A DNA stretch of 46,351 bases from NCBI RefSeq assembly GCF_001194135.2, contig NC_068998.1, forward strand, positions 44,522,902 to 44,569,252. The letters run 5' to 3'. Under the pieces are notes generated by a model, which worked only from the letters and a program-made list of their open reading frames with translations, was not told the DNA's origin and did no database searches. This DNA comes from Octopus bimaculoides (Eukaryota). Position numbers and translations under genes: made by a program. Numbering within the stretch: position 1 is the stretch's first letter; the number at the start of each line of letters is the position of its first letter. Shown here piece after piece: positions 24,695 through 37,513 of the stretch.

Positions 24695-24910
24695 AACCTT
24701 TCTACTAAAGACACATGGCCTGAAATTTTGGGAGAGGGGCTATTTGATTATATCGACCTCAGTGCATAACTGGTACTAATTTCTTCGATCCTGAAAGGAT
24801 GAAAGGCAAAGTTGATCTCATCAGAATTTGAACAGGGAAATTAAAGATAGATGAAATGTTACTAAGCGTTTTGCATGGTGCAGGAACAATTCTACTTGCT
24901 CATTGCCTAA
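24695..24910 (-). mobile_element. SINE family B
   Basis: Plus strand shows ggcctgaaattttggg...gaaaggatgaaaggcaaagttga...gaatttgaac, the reverse of the B core. Confidence 0.75.
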
Positions 24911-25194
24911 ATAAAAATTATAATAATAGTAATTATTATTATTATTATTATTATTAGTAGTAGTAGTAGTAGTAGTAGTAGGCTGTTTTGGTCACCTCTC
25001 AGTGGATCTCCTCACTATTGGGCAATTATATATTGCTAATTGTTGTGTTTTGCTGTTTATACATTAACTTCATTGTTCTTCGTCTGTGAATCATCCTCTC
25101 TGTTTTGTGTTCGGCCCTGGTAACCAATAAAGAAAGAATTATCATTAGTATTATTATTATTATTATCATTATTATTATTACTATTATTATTCTT

Positions 25195-25522
25195 TCTAAT
25201 TTTTAACATAAGGCCAGCAACTCTGAGGACATAGGAAAGTCCATTACATCGATCCCAGTACTTAAGTGACACATGTTTCATCAATCTCAAATGGATGACA
25301 GGCAAAGTGAAATTCTCAACCATAGAGCAAACCCTGTGTCTGTGTGTGCATGATGTGTACACTTGTGCAACATCTTCCGTTCAGTTTATTTCCAAGTTCT
25401 TCAAACTATGTTGTCCTTAATTTAAGGCTACATTGGGAGGCACCTGCCCAAGGTGTCATGTAGTGGAACCCAACCCAGAGTCACATGGTTGCCAAGCAAA
25501 CATCTTAAACACACAGCTATGA
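25195..25522 (-). mobile_element. Decayed SINE B (25195-25330) and SINE A head (25435-25522)
   Basis: aaggccagcaa...ggatgacaggcaaagt, and cctgcccaaggtgtcatg...ttaaacacacagcta. Confidence 0.6.
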
Positions 25523-25816
25523 CAACACTTTCATTTTTTTTATTGCTTCTTTATTTTTCCCTTCCTTTTCAAAAGAAAATCCTATTTCATCAAAAAATAA
25601 ATAACTAAATAGATAAATAAATAAATAATAATAATAATAGAATGATAATAATAAATAAAAAGAGAAATATCCTTGTCTTCAGATAATGTCGTCTATCTTC
25701 TATTTTCCAATGAACATCAATCAATATTCTGTGAGAAATTCTTATAAATTGGAAGACACTTTTTCAGAAAGTGATTTGAGAGGGGACATCACCCACCTTT
25801 GCAGCCACTACAGCAC

Positions 25817-25817
<1 letters not shown>

Positions 25818-25860
<43 letters not shown>
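25818..25860. repeat. (CAT)14 microsatellite
   Basis: Direct reading. It explains the poly-His in ORF 25686-26300. Confidence 0.95.
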
Positions 25861-25861
<1 letters not shown>

Positions 25862-25967
25862 ACAACACACATATCAGAGCCATATCTTTAATATAACATA
25901 TTTGTTGGCGAAGACATTATCTATATATATTTTATACACACAAACACACACGCACATACATACATAC

Positions 25968-26004
<37 letters not shown>

Positions 26005-26274
26005 TATNNNNNNNNNNNNNNNNNNNNNNNNNNNNNNNNNNNNNNNNNNNNNNNNNNNNNNNNNNNNNNNNNNNNNNNNNNNNNNNNNNNNNNNNNNNNN
26101 NNNNNNNNNNNNNNNNNNNNNNNNNNNNNNNNNNNNNNNNNNNNNNNNNNNNNNNNNNNNNNNNNNNNNNNNNNNNNNNNNNNNNNNNNNNNNNNNNNNN
26201 NNNNNNNNNNNNNNNNNNNNNNNNNNNNNNNNNNNNNNNNNNGTTCACACCATTTCATTATTATCCCCACTGTA

Positions 26275-26495
26275 GAATGGCAAACCAGCAGAAGGCCTAG
26301 CATGCCAGGTAAAAAATGTTTACAGCATTTCATCCAGCTTCTTCTACTGAGTTCAAATTGTGTTGAGGTCAACTTTGCCTTTCATTCTTTCAGGGTTGAT
26401 AAAATACGTACCAGTTGAGTACTGGGGCCAATATAATTGACTTAACCCCCTCCTCCTCTAAAATTGCTAACCTTGTGGCAAAATTTGAAACCAGT
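26275..26495 (+). mobile_element. SINE family B
   Basis: gagttcaaattg...gtcaactttgcctttcattctttcagggttgataaaatacgtacc...aaattgctaaccttgtggcaaaatttgaaacc. Confidence 0.8.
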
Positions 26496-26789
26496 TTCAT
26501 CTCCAATGTTAATTCTAGTTGTCTGGTATAGGTGTTGGTTTTGTTTTAACTCTTTCTGTTTTTTTTTTATTTTTGTTTATGATATATCTAATTAGCATAG
26601 ATTAAGATTATAGTTTATTAGTGTCAGTTCCTTAGGATTTTGGTTACTACATGATTAACTGGATTAGGTATTAAACTAGTAATTAAATTATATTGAATTT
26701 GTGAAATATATATAAATATTTTCCTCTCCTTCTTCCCCTCTCCTCTGTGTATATGTATACACACACACACACTTACATACATACATATA

Positions 26790-27064
26790 TTTTTATTCTT
26801 TATTTATGCGCCCTTTTAAAACCTAGACAGGCTCATGGGCCCAGTTTCCCGGTTTCTGTGACGTATGTGTTCCACCCAGCTGGACAGGATGCCAGTCCGT
26901 CACAGTGTTACTCTAGAAACAGGAAGAAAGACTGATTGAAAGTTGGGGCAAAAGAGTACAACAGGAGTCGCCACCACCCCTGCCAGAGCCCGGTGTGGGA
27001 ATCGAAACCGTGATCCTCTGACCGCGAATCTGCCACCCTATCCACTGGGCCATTGCGCTTCCAC
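26790..27064 (-). mobile_element. SINE family D head with an alternative 3' body
   Basis: Head gtggaagcgcaatggcccagtgg...ggtttcgattccc as at 24369, a different tail ending aagggcgcataaataaagaataaaa, and a possible 7-bp TSD acatata (26783-26789 and 27065-27071). Confidence 0.85.
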
Positions 27065-27362
27065 ACATATACTTGTATTAAAACTGAAAAAATCATCAGC
27101 TTGTAAAAGTGCATAGAGTCATGTGTACACATGTGGACATGCATGTGTGTGTACACATATACGAGTTAAGGTGTGCAAATTTACACATGCAATGACATCC
27201 ATCTCTGCATGCATGCATCTGTTTACACATACATATGCCAATGGTCTCTAAATTCCACTGGAAGAGCTTTGTTACTGAGCTAGAAACTGGCTCTTTGTCC
27301 ATTTTTGGGAAACTTGAACATAATGTAAGAACATACATAGATATGTGTGTGTGTGCTTATGT

Positions 27363-27405
<43 letters not shown>

Positions 27406-28772
27406 NNNNNNNNNNNNNNNNNNNNNNNNNNNNNNNNNNNNNNNNNNNNNNNNNNNNNNNNNNNNNNNNNNNNNNNNNNNNNNNNNNNNNNNNNNNNNNN
27501 NNNNNAAATACAGTTTACTCTCATATTCACAGTGTTACTTTATTGAGTTGTGGCTTTTACTGGAACTCTTTGATAATTTTCATTTGACAAACTGCTTGTT
27601 TGAATTTTTTGTTTCTTTCTTTGAATTGTGTGTTTCTGTGTCGTTGTCTTTGTTGTTGTTGTTGTTAGTCTTGTGGTGGTGCTACAACAGTTTTGATGAT
27701 GGTCATGCAGGTCTGTTAGATTTGCGGTTTCGTGGATAGATTCGTGCTGTTAGGCTGGTGCTAGAGTTATAAGAGCTGTGCTCTTGTTAGCTTATCAGTT
27801 GTGATATTTGTTGAGATGTTGTTAGATCTGTGGCATTGTTGGCAGATCTGTAGTGTTGTTTGTCTTGTTATCCTGTTGTTAGTCTTATCCTGATGCTATT
27901 AAGAGATGTGCTGGTGGTAAGTAAATGTGTTATCGCATGGTCATGTGGCTTACTGGTGAATGTTGTACTAGTTGTTGTCATTTNNNNNNNNNNNNNNNNN
28001 NNNNNNNNNNNNNNNNNNNNNNNNNNNNNNNNNNNNNNNNNNNNNNNNNNNNNNNNNNNNNNNNNNNNNNNNNNNNNNNNNNNNNNNNNNNNNNNNNNNN
28101 NNNNNNNNNNNNNNNNNNNNNNNNNNNNNNNNNNNNNNNNNNNNNNNNNNNNNNNNNNNNNNNNNNNNNNNNNNNNNNNNNNNNNNNNNNNNNNNNNNNN
28201 NNNNNNNNNNNNNNNNNNNNNNNNNNNNNNNNNNNNNNNNNNNNNNNNNNNNNNNNNNNNNNNNNNNNNNNNNNNNNNNNNNNNNNNNNNNNNNNNNNNN
28301 NNNNNNNNNNNNNNNNNNNNNNNNNNNNNNNNNNNNNNNNNNNNNNNNNNNNNNNNNNNNNNNNNNNNNNNNNNNNNNNNNNNNNNNNNNNNNNNNNNNN
28401 NNNNNNNNNNNNNNNNNNNNNNNNNNNNNNNNNNNNNNNNNNNNNNNNNNNNNNNNNNNNNNNNNNNNNNNNNNNNNNNNNNNNNNNNNNNNNNNNNNNN
28501 NNNNNNNNNNNNNNNNNNNNNNNNNNNNNNNNNNNNNNNNNNNNNNNNNNNNNNNNNNNNNNNNNNNNNNNNNNNNNNNNNNNNNNNNNNNNNNNNNNNN
28601 NNNNNNNNNNNNNNNNNNNNNNNNNNNNNNNNNNNNNNNNNNNNNNNNNNNNNNNNNNNNNNNNNNNNNNNNNNNNNNNNNNNNNNNNNNNNNNNNNNNN
28701 NNNNNNNNNNNNNNNNNNNNNNNNNNNNNNNNNNNNNNNNNNNNNNNNNNNNNNNNNNNNNNNNNNNNNNNN

Positions 28773-28810
<38 letters not shown>

Positions 28811-29647
28811 GCAACACACAAATACTTTGTGAAGAACAGTTTTTATAGAATTAATGTTGCCCATGGAAGAAATATTTTTTTTAGTCTAGAGCCATTTGGT
28901 GTGTTATCAGTGAAATTTATCATAGAAAGTCAAAGATACATACGTAGAAAGACAGACAGACGATGCTATATGTCATATATGTAACGTATAATATATGTCC
29001 ATTGATATATGTGCGTGTGGTTGTGCATCTGTATGTACATGTGTATATATTTATATACATGCACACATATGTAAACACACTATATATGGGCCTATGTAAG
29101 ATAGGCAGCTGATTGAGAAAGAGATTACGGAGATAGATAAATACATCTAGAGATAGGTAAGGGAGGTAAAAACATTGTTTAAATGGTTAAACAGCAGTGA
29201 CCTGCTAGCCATCTGACATGACTAAGTGAATTATAGTTTTACTGTAAAGGTTTTAAGTAGAACAAGGTATTATTGATTGCATTAGTTTAATCTGTTTAAA
29301 ATTGTCGAATTCCACTTTGGCGTGATCCATAGTATTGATGTTATCAATAAATTCCATTATTTCAGGTCAGGAAAATTTGCATTCCCATCAAGATTCTTTA
29401 TAACGTTTTCATGTTGTGTACAAGAAGGAGTGTAGAGGTTTTCCAAGACAATAGTACATCAGGCTAAGTGATTCACAATAGTGTTTCATTTCATGTAATT
29501 CAGTTTCCAAGTTGAAATTTTACCAGAGGAAGGTTCGTCTTTTATACCAGTGGTTGGGGAAAGGATAGAATGTGTAACAGGAATATTCTGCAGTTGGTTT
29601 AATCACACACACACAAATACACATGTATATACATATATGTATATAGT

Positions 29648-29809
29648 AGCAGGTTCATGGGTGTGTAGTTAAGACATTTACTTCATAACAATGTGGTTTT
29701 GAGTTCAGACCTCTGTATGGTACTTTGGACTAATGCCTTCTACCAGCCCAACCAACTCCTTGTATGCGAATTTCTTAAAGGAAGATATATGAAACCCACT
29801 GTGTGTTTC

Positions 29810-29887
<78 letters not shown>

Positions 29888-30158
29888 CTTTCATTTATGT
29901 GGAAATGATGATTATTCGCTTGTCACTGCTTCACAGAAATGTTAGTGATGTTCACATCTGTTGTTGATAGTATATAATAACAGTTTCAAATTCTGGTACA
30001 AGGCTAGCAGTTTTGAGAGGGGGGGCCAAGTCAGTTCAATCAAACCCAGTATTTGACTGGTACTTATTTTATTAACTACCAAAGGATGAAATGCAAATCA
30101 ACCATGGCAGTATTTGAACTCAGAATGTGTTAACAATTCTGCTAGCTCACCACCTTAG
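29648..30158. mobile_element. Decayed SINE A (+, 29648-29810), (CA)n, and SINE B (-, 29978-30158)
   Basis: gggtgtgtagttaagac...gagttcagacc, and tttcaaattctggtacaaggctagcag...aaaggatgaaatgcaaa...tttgaactcagaatg. Confidence 0.65.
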
Positions 30159-30766
30159 ATAGTATATAATATTAATAGCAATGAACTAATTGTATACAAT
30201 GCTCACTCATGTGTCCTACAACTTATTAGAAAAGGTTAAAAGAGGGGACAGAAAGGTGTAATCTTGTAAAGAAATTCAGCAATGATAACCAAATGTTCAT
30301 CCACAATGCACAGAATAAAATACAAAAATGACAGAAATTTAACAATAAGAGTCATAGAGAGGAAAGGTTACTCAGGTATTTCAGTTGTGTTGGTGAATTT
30401 CAAGAAGCATGGAGGTTTTTATGGTTACAGTGTCCTGGCAGCTAATAACTGTGTGGGAATTTTTTTTCATGCTTTGACAAATCTGAACATGAAAAATGTT
30501 TCCAAAATTCATGTGTACTGTGTTGTTTTTTGATTTTACAAACATGTCCCAAACAGATTCATTGTATTTTAGACACCATTATTTTACTTTTCCGCATCAT
30601 TTTTTTAAAGTTTTTACTCCGCTCAAATGATTCTCTGCGTATGTCCATTTATATCGTGGCACAGTCCATTAGGAGCCAACCAATAGGGGTGTTCTACTTC
30701 CACACAACAGTTTGGCAATACAGCTCGTGAGACTGATTAGTTGCATAATGAATTGTGGAATCCCTT

Positions 30767-31192
30767 GTGGTTTTGTAACTAAGAAGTTGACATCTCAACC
30801 ATGTGGTTTCATCTTCAGTCTACCACATGGCCCCTTGGGAAAGTATCTTCTTCCATGTTCTCAGGTTGACTAAAGCTTTGGGGATGAATTTGGTTGATAG
30901 AAACTAAAAGAAGCCTATTCCATATTTTTCTTCTGGTGGGTGAGGGGTATGCATGTCTCCTTGTCTTGATATTACACAATAGTTATAAGTAAGTGTTGCT
31001 ATCATCCAAGTGGTGTCATTTTTTTCTAATCCTCTGTGAAAATATGTCAGGTAACGGAGAAGAATGACCTTCTCTGAAAGCAGGTGAATGTTGGCAATAT
31101 AAGAAGAGAATCCTCTAGAAAATCTGCCTCAACAAATTATTTCTGACCCACACAAACATAAAAATGTGAATGTTAAAATAATGTTGATGATA
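30767..31192 (+). mobile_element. Old SINE A head with an RTE-like 3' tail
   Basis: A-type head through gaaactaaaagaagcc. The 3' end acccacacaaacataaaaatgtgaatgttaaaataatgttgatgat aligns loosely with 13990-14040. Confidence 0.6.
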
Positions 31193-32639
31193 ATCTTGTA
31201 CTTTCTGTCTCATGAAAGAACTGATATCCTTCTTCAGAAAAGGAGAAATATATGCTTCCTTTTTTTTCAGTCAAGCAGATTGGTGCCAGTAGGATGGGTA
31301 CTTTAGTCAGGGGCATACTAGAAAGATATTAGTGAGATTTGAACTTCCAGTCATGTAGCTAATAAGGCTAGTCCTTTAAATCTCATAACTGTTTCATATA
31401 CAGCACATACTTGACCAAATGGTATCGGTATTAGTTGTGATGATGGTGTGTGGTGTTGATGAATGTGATGGTGGTGTTATGGTGATAGTGGCACTACTGA
31501 CAGCAGTGGCAGTGATGTTGGTGTTGCTGGTAGTGGCAATAGCGTTGTGATCAATGATGTTGGTAATGATGGTGATGATTGTGATGCTGTTGTGGATGAT
31601 GATGGTGATGGTGATGGTACTAATTTCAATGTTGAATTAGTGGCCATATTGATCACAATGGAATGTCAGACAGTCTTTCATAAGACGGGGCCACACACAT
31701 ACAATAGGTACCACCATGGTCATTTATGATTTCATTATTGGTTTACCCCGTCTCGTCTTTTTTTTTTTTCTTTAATTAAACTTTACTGTAATTAACTTTC
31801 ACTTCAGTAATGCCTTTGATAAAAAAAGAAGGTGTGGTCTTGCTAATTCATCTTTGGAACATAGAATTATTTCTATAGTCTGCTGGTCATTCCTGTAATT
31901 ACATTGTTCTAAAGAGACTAATTTATCAACATGTTACTGTACACAGTAACTTATGTAGAGGAGATGATGCTTTAATTACAGATATTTATGTACCTGTGTG
32001 TGTGCATGTGTGTATGTATGTTGGTCCTGTGTGTTTTTAGATGTGTGTTGTTTGATGTACATGGCTTTGTTAAATATGTGGTGCTTTTAAATTTGAAGTG
32101 TTGTTGGACTTGTATATCAATTAGTCAAATTAGTTTAATTAGCCAAGTCTTCCATAAGAATCTCCAGACTACACTTCAAATGGGGACAGTTTGTTTTAAA
32201 TCACAGCCATAAATCAGTATGACCCACAATAAGGACAGCCTAGTAATGGGTTAGAAACTGAATAATTTGTTTAGCAAGACACCCACCCACATCTTATATA
32301 CTAGCTCTGCTGAAGTGAAAGCTATCAGGGGAAATAAAACAACAACAATAACAACAATAAGTAAATGCAGTCTTTTGAAGAATCCTAACTTAGTGCTAAA
32401 TTGAAATTAATGATGTTTCTATGGAACTAACTTGGCTTGGCTTCCTCCTCCACCATTCCCAGTCCCTGCTGTCCCAACTCAAGAATTTTTCTTTCACCAA
32501 TTCCAAAAGATTACAATCTTATTTTCTAGTTAATCATTGCAGAATGTTCTTAGTTCTTCTCTCTAGGAAAAACATGCTGTATTTGCCAGATGACATAATT
32601 AGAAATCTAATGTGTGCTCTTGTCAGTGCTTGATTGGAA

Positions 32640-32680
<41 letters not shown>

Positions 32681-33628
32681 TAAATGTATATACATACATG
32701 TATATATATATATATATATACACAAACCTACATANNNNNNNNNNNNNNNNNNNNNNNNNNNNNNNNNNNNNNNNNNNNNNNNNNNNNNNNNNNNNNNNNN
32801 NNNNNNNNNNNNNNNNNNNNNNNNNNNNNNNNNNNNNNNNNNNNNNNNNNNNNNNNNNNNNNNNNNNNNNNNNNNNNNNNNNNNNNNNNNNNNNNNNNNN
32901 NNNNNNNNNNNNNNNNNNNNNNNNNNNNNNNNNNNNNNNNNNNNNNNNNNNNNNNNNNNNNNNNNNNNNNNNNNNNNNNNNNNNNNNNNNNNNNNNNNNN
33001 NNNNNNNNNNNNNNNNNNNNNNNNNNNNNNNNNNNNNNNNNNNNNNNNNNNNNNNNNNNNNNNNNNNNNNNNNNNNNNNNNNNNNNNNNNNNNNNNNNNN
33101 NNNNNNNNNNNNNNNNNNNNNNNNNNNNNNNNNNNNNNNNNNNNNNNNNGTGTGTATAGATATACACACGTGTGAGTAAATAGATTTGGAACTGTCTTCA
33201 TGACAGTTTACAAAAATTGTACATTAAATGGTTGATATATGTGTGTGTGTGTAGATGTGTGTGAGGATGTGAGAGTGTTTGTGTAACAGTTTGTGTGTGT
33301 ATGCATATGCATGGTTAAGCACATGTTAGTAAGTTTGTAAGAGTGTGAAAACACATGTGTATCTGTTTTCATGATAACATTAAAAAAACAAATTGATCAT
33401 TAAAATGAAAACGTGTGTATGCCTGTACAAATATATGCATTTACACTTAATTGAATGCATGTGTGTGATATCCTTATTCACAGCCATGTATGCATTTTGT
33501 GTATCTATTTTTCACCGTGTCTCTGTCAACCTCTACCTTTATACACACACATACACATATATATATATTCCATATAGACACATGCACACACACATACACA
33601 CATTCAGATATATATATATATTTATATA

Positions 33629-33667
<39 letters not shown>

Positions 33668-33740
33668 AGAGAGAGAGAGAAAGAGATGTAGATAGCAGCA
33701 AGTATGTGTATATATGTACAAATATAAATATATATGTGTG

Positions 33741-33771
<31 letters not shown>

Positions 33772-34338
33772 CTCTGTGTTTGTTTGTGTATCTATACACA
33801 CACACTCATACACATGTAGAAACATACAAATACATAAATGATTGTTTTCTTTTCAGGTAGACTGTTTAATATTCTATGGGAGCACAACAACGATAACAAT
33901 TCAAGTAAACTAAGATAATGAAAATATGTTCACTTCTTTATTCTCCTACCACCCTCTTGCTCTCTCTTCCCCCCTCTCTCTCTCTCTCTTTCACACACAC
34001 ACACACACACACACAGACACTTATATATATATATCTGTGTGTGTGAATGTTCAATTAAATACTTTTCTGAAACTCATCACAAGCCAGCTATCCCTTTTTG
34101 ACAGTTTTAAATATGATGTGATTGCCTGTTTGACTGTTTATACATGTAAATATGCTCATGTGTATACATGTGGTTCACAATCGGTGCACTTTATATATGT
34201 TTCCAGTCTCTCTTCCGAGTCTTGGTTCCTAACTCTCTTGCGTAATAGCAAAATTATATATATATATATATATATATAAGCATATATATATGTGTGTACA
34301 TATATATGCATATATATGTGTGTGTATATATATGTATT

Positions 34339-34378
<40 letters not shown>

Positions 34379-34834
34379 NNNNNNNNNNNNNNNNNNNNNN
34401 NNNNNNNNNNNNNNNNNNNNNNNNNNNNNNNNNNNNNNNNNNNNNNNNNNNNNNNNNNNNNNNNNNNNNNNNNNNNNNNNNNNNNNNNNNNNNNNNNNNN
34501 NNNNNNNNNNNNNNNNNNNNNNNNNNNNNNNNNNNNNNNNNNNNNNNNNNNNNNNNNNNNNNNNNNNNNNNNNNNNNNNNNNNNNNNNNNNNNNNNNNNN
34601 NNNNNNNNNNNNNNNNNNNNNNNNNNNNNNNNNNNNNNNNNNNNNNNNNNNNNNNNNNNNNNNNNNNNNNNNNNNNNNNNNNNNNNNNNNNNNNNNNNNN
34701 NNNNNNNNNNNNNNNNNNNNNNNNNNNNNNNNNNNNNNNNNNNNNNNNNNNNNNNNNNNNNNNNNNNNNNNNNNNNNNNNNNNNNNNNNNNNNNNNNNNN
34801 NNNNNNNNNNNNNNNNNNNNNNNNNNNNNNNNNN

Positions 34835-34883
<49 letters not shown>

Positions 34884-35773
34884 GTATACATACGGGTGGG
34901 CGTGTGTGTGTGTGTGTGATTAATTGCATGAAAAATATGAGGAAATTTGTTTGCAACTTCAAACATGTTTCACTATGTTATGTGTTAATTGAGTAATTAT
35001 GCTGTTGCTGTTGCTGTTGTTGTTGTTGTCATCTTTCTCATTATTTTGTACTTGTTGTTGCTGCTGCAGTAATGTTTGTAGTTGTTGTTGTTGTTGTTAT
35101 TGATATGGAGTGTTTGCCATTTCTTTAGTGTTTGCCATTGACAGAGCACAACATGAATGTAATGACATGGTGTTCTAACTGCTGTCAGCATCAAATGATT
35201 TCTCTTCCTATGTCCAGTACGAGGCAGAAAAAAAAAAAAGAAAAAAAAAAGGAGCTGGATTGTATTGTGGTTGTATGTTATGTATGATTTATAATGTATG
35301 ATGGTGAATAGAAGGATGATCCTAGGATGGATACTGAACACAAAAGTTCTGCAGTTCTAAGCTGGTATGTGCAGGATAGGTTTCTGTACGTATATAAGAC
35401 GTATATGATAATGCTGACGGTATGGATGTTTACCCAACATTCTGACAATCGTGCCAGGCAGTTCACCTGCTGATAATGAAGGCCACGCTATATGCTAACT
35501 GTGATGATCTTGTCCACCTACTGACTTTAGAGGACACCCCAGCAACTGATTAAGTGAGACACCCCAGCAATTGATAATGTGGGAGGAGACAACAGGTACT
35601 AGTAGTGAAGGATTCACCTATTACAGATAGCAGATGACACCCCCAGTAAAATGTATCTTAGTTGCTGACAGAAGAAAAACACTCCTTCCTGTTAAAAGTG
35701 AGAGAAATATCAATATGACATATTGCAGACCCATTGATTCACTCTGTACCAACAAGAATTACTAGATCTTTAA

Positions 35774-35992
35774 CCCCTTAGCATTTAAACCAGCCATATC
35801 TGGCTCAAATATTCTGTCTGTTTTATATTCAAACCAGCCGGATCTGGTCACTGACACATACACACAATGTTGCTCTAATATTAAACAACCTTATCATGGA
35901 AATCTCGATGCTCTGAGATAATGTATGTTTAATTAAAAACAGTGTGAATAAATAAGTATTACATCTAGTAGATTAATCACAATGCAAAAGGG
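35774..35992. mobile_element. piggyBac-like MITE, 219 bp
   Basis: TTAA|CCCCTTAGCATT ... AATGCAAAAGGG|TTGA. TIRs match 10/12, start with CCC, and have a TTAA TSD with one change on the right. Confidence 0.65.
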
Positions 35993-36039
35993 TTGAAGAT
36001 ATATGTAGAGATTGAATCCTTAGACAATTTCACCCTCTG

Positions 36040-36470
36040 AACCAATGAGGTAGCCTCTATCCAGTCACTCAACTAGCTTGGAATAGCAAGGGAATTTCCT
36101 CCAGATTACACCATAACCCTAATGTCTTAAAGGAGGAAGGACATATTTTGTGGTATGGTCTAGGCTGGTCTATGTTTCTGAAAACATTAGATTCTCATGA
36201 CTGAATCATAGTTGTGTTTCATCAGAGTTAACCAGAGGCTTAAACAGCAACATTTTATTTCACGTTGCTCCAGTTCACTCAGCTGTAGAAATGAGTTGCA
36301 ATGTCATTAATGCCAAGTTGTATTGGCCTTTACCTTTCCTTTGATAATATCGGTGGCATGGAGAAGAGAGGCTGGTCTTCCATAAACAACCTTGCCTGGA
36401 CTTGTGCCTCAGAGGGTAACTTTCTAGCTGTAATCCCATGGTCATTCACGACTGAAGGGGGTTCCCCTCT
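36040..36470 (+). mobile_element. Family E copy (36040-36250) abutting a headless C-core SINE with a third tail (36255-36470)
   Basis: E motifs as at 12600. Core gctccagttcactcagctg at 36267-36285. Confidence 0.65.
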
Positions 36471-37470
36471 TTTCTATTATCTATCACTGCCTGACCAACG
36501 TACCTCGTTCCACTTTTCATTTGATCAGAATAGAGTGTCTGTTTCTTTTTCTGTGCTCCATACATATTCTGTTACAACTCTGTACATATTCCGAGTTAAA
36601 CTTTGCCTTTCAAACTTTTAAGGTCAATAAAATCGAGTATCAGCCAAGATCTGGTGCTGACATATTCAGCTGTTCCCCTTTGCATAAAATTTCAGATCTT
36701 GGTGCCTAGGTTAGAAATCTTCATATATTCTAGAAATACAAATAGAAATATTACTAGTTTAACATTATCTTCTCTTCCATGCTTCAACTCACTTATAATT
36801 TTGTATATACTTAGTTATACAGTCCTATTGCTTACATACACACACACATATACTCTTTCTCTCCTCCTTCGTTTATAATCCTTCCTGCCCCTCTCTTCAA
36901 TCACCAATTTATGCATCCAGAAAGGAGTTTTTGTTATGATCTTCCCCGCCAACAGTTTTTTTTTTTTTAAAGTGAAACACTTTTTATATTTATTGATCAG
37001 AACAAACTTCCATCAATTACCTCCCCTTCTCCCCCTCCCCACTCTCTCATTCACTTACTCCTTATTTCTTTTTTTCTCTCTCTCAATCTCTCTCCCCGTT
37101 TTTTTTTCCTCCCCCCCTCTCTCTCTATCTATCACCTCACTTTTGGCTTCAGATTAGTTCTTTTTGCTGATCTCTCTCAGTGTGTATGCAGGTGATGGTG
37201 GTGGGGGCAGTGTGTGTATCTTTACTACCGTAAATACACACGGTGAAGTACTCCACTTATATAAGAACGTCTGTGTGTATGTATGTTTGCTGAGTGCATG
37301 TGTCTGTATAAGGCAGATTTTGTGTACGGCGGGGAGAATGCTGTATAGTGTAGGAAGAGGGAGGTCTTGAGGTAGGTTTGCTTCTATGTAAATACATGAT
37401 CAAGTACTGTTCTCTGTTAGGGTTACGTTTTTGTGTGAGTGTGTGCATATATAGTATGTACACACACATT

Positions 37471-37513
<43 letters not shown>

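Noticed and set aside
30282-30730. Two adjacent plus-strand ORFs (83 and 66 aa) with some CpGs
   Set aside because: No motif recognised in any frame. A hAT-like EFWK on the minus strand did not extend.
31469-31729. Asp/Gly-rich open frame
   Set aside because: Decayed (GAT/GGT)n trinucleotide tract with no splice support.
32425-32510. Minus frame SFGIGERKILE, resembling CYP2 FGMGKRS
   Set aside because: Flanked by stops, has no acceptor, and the similarity does not extend.
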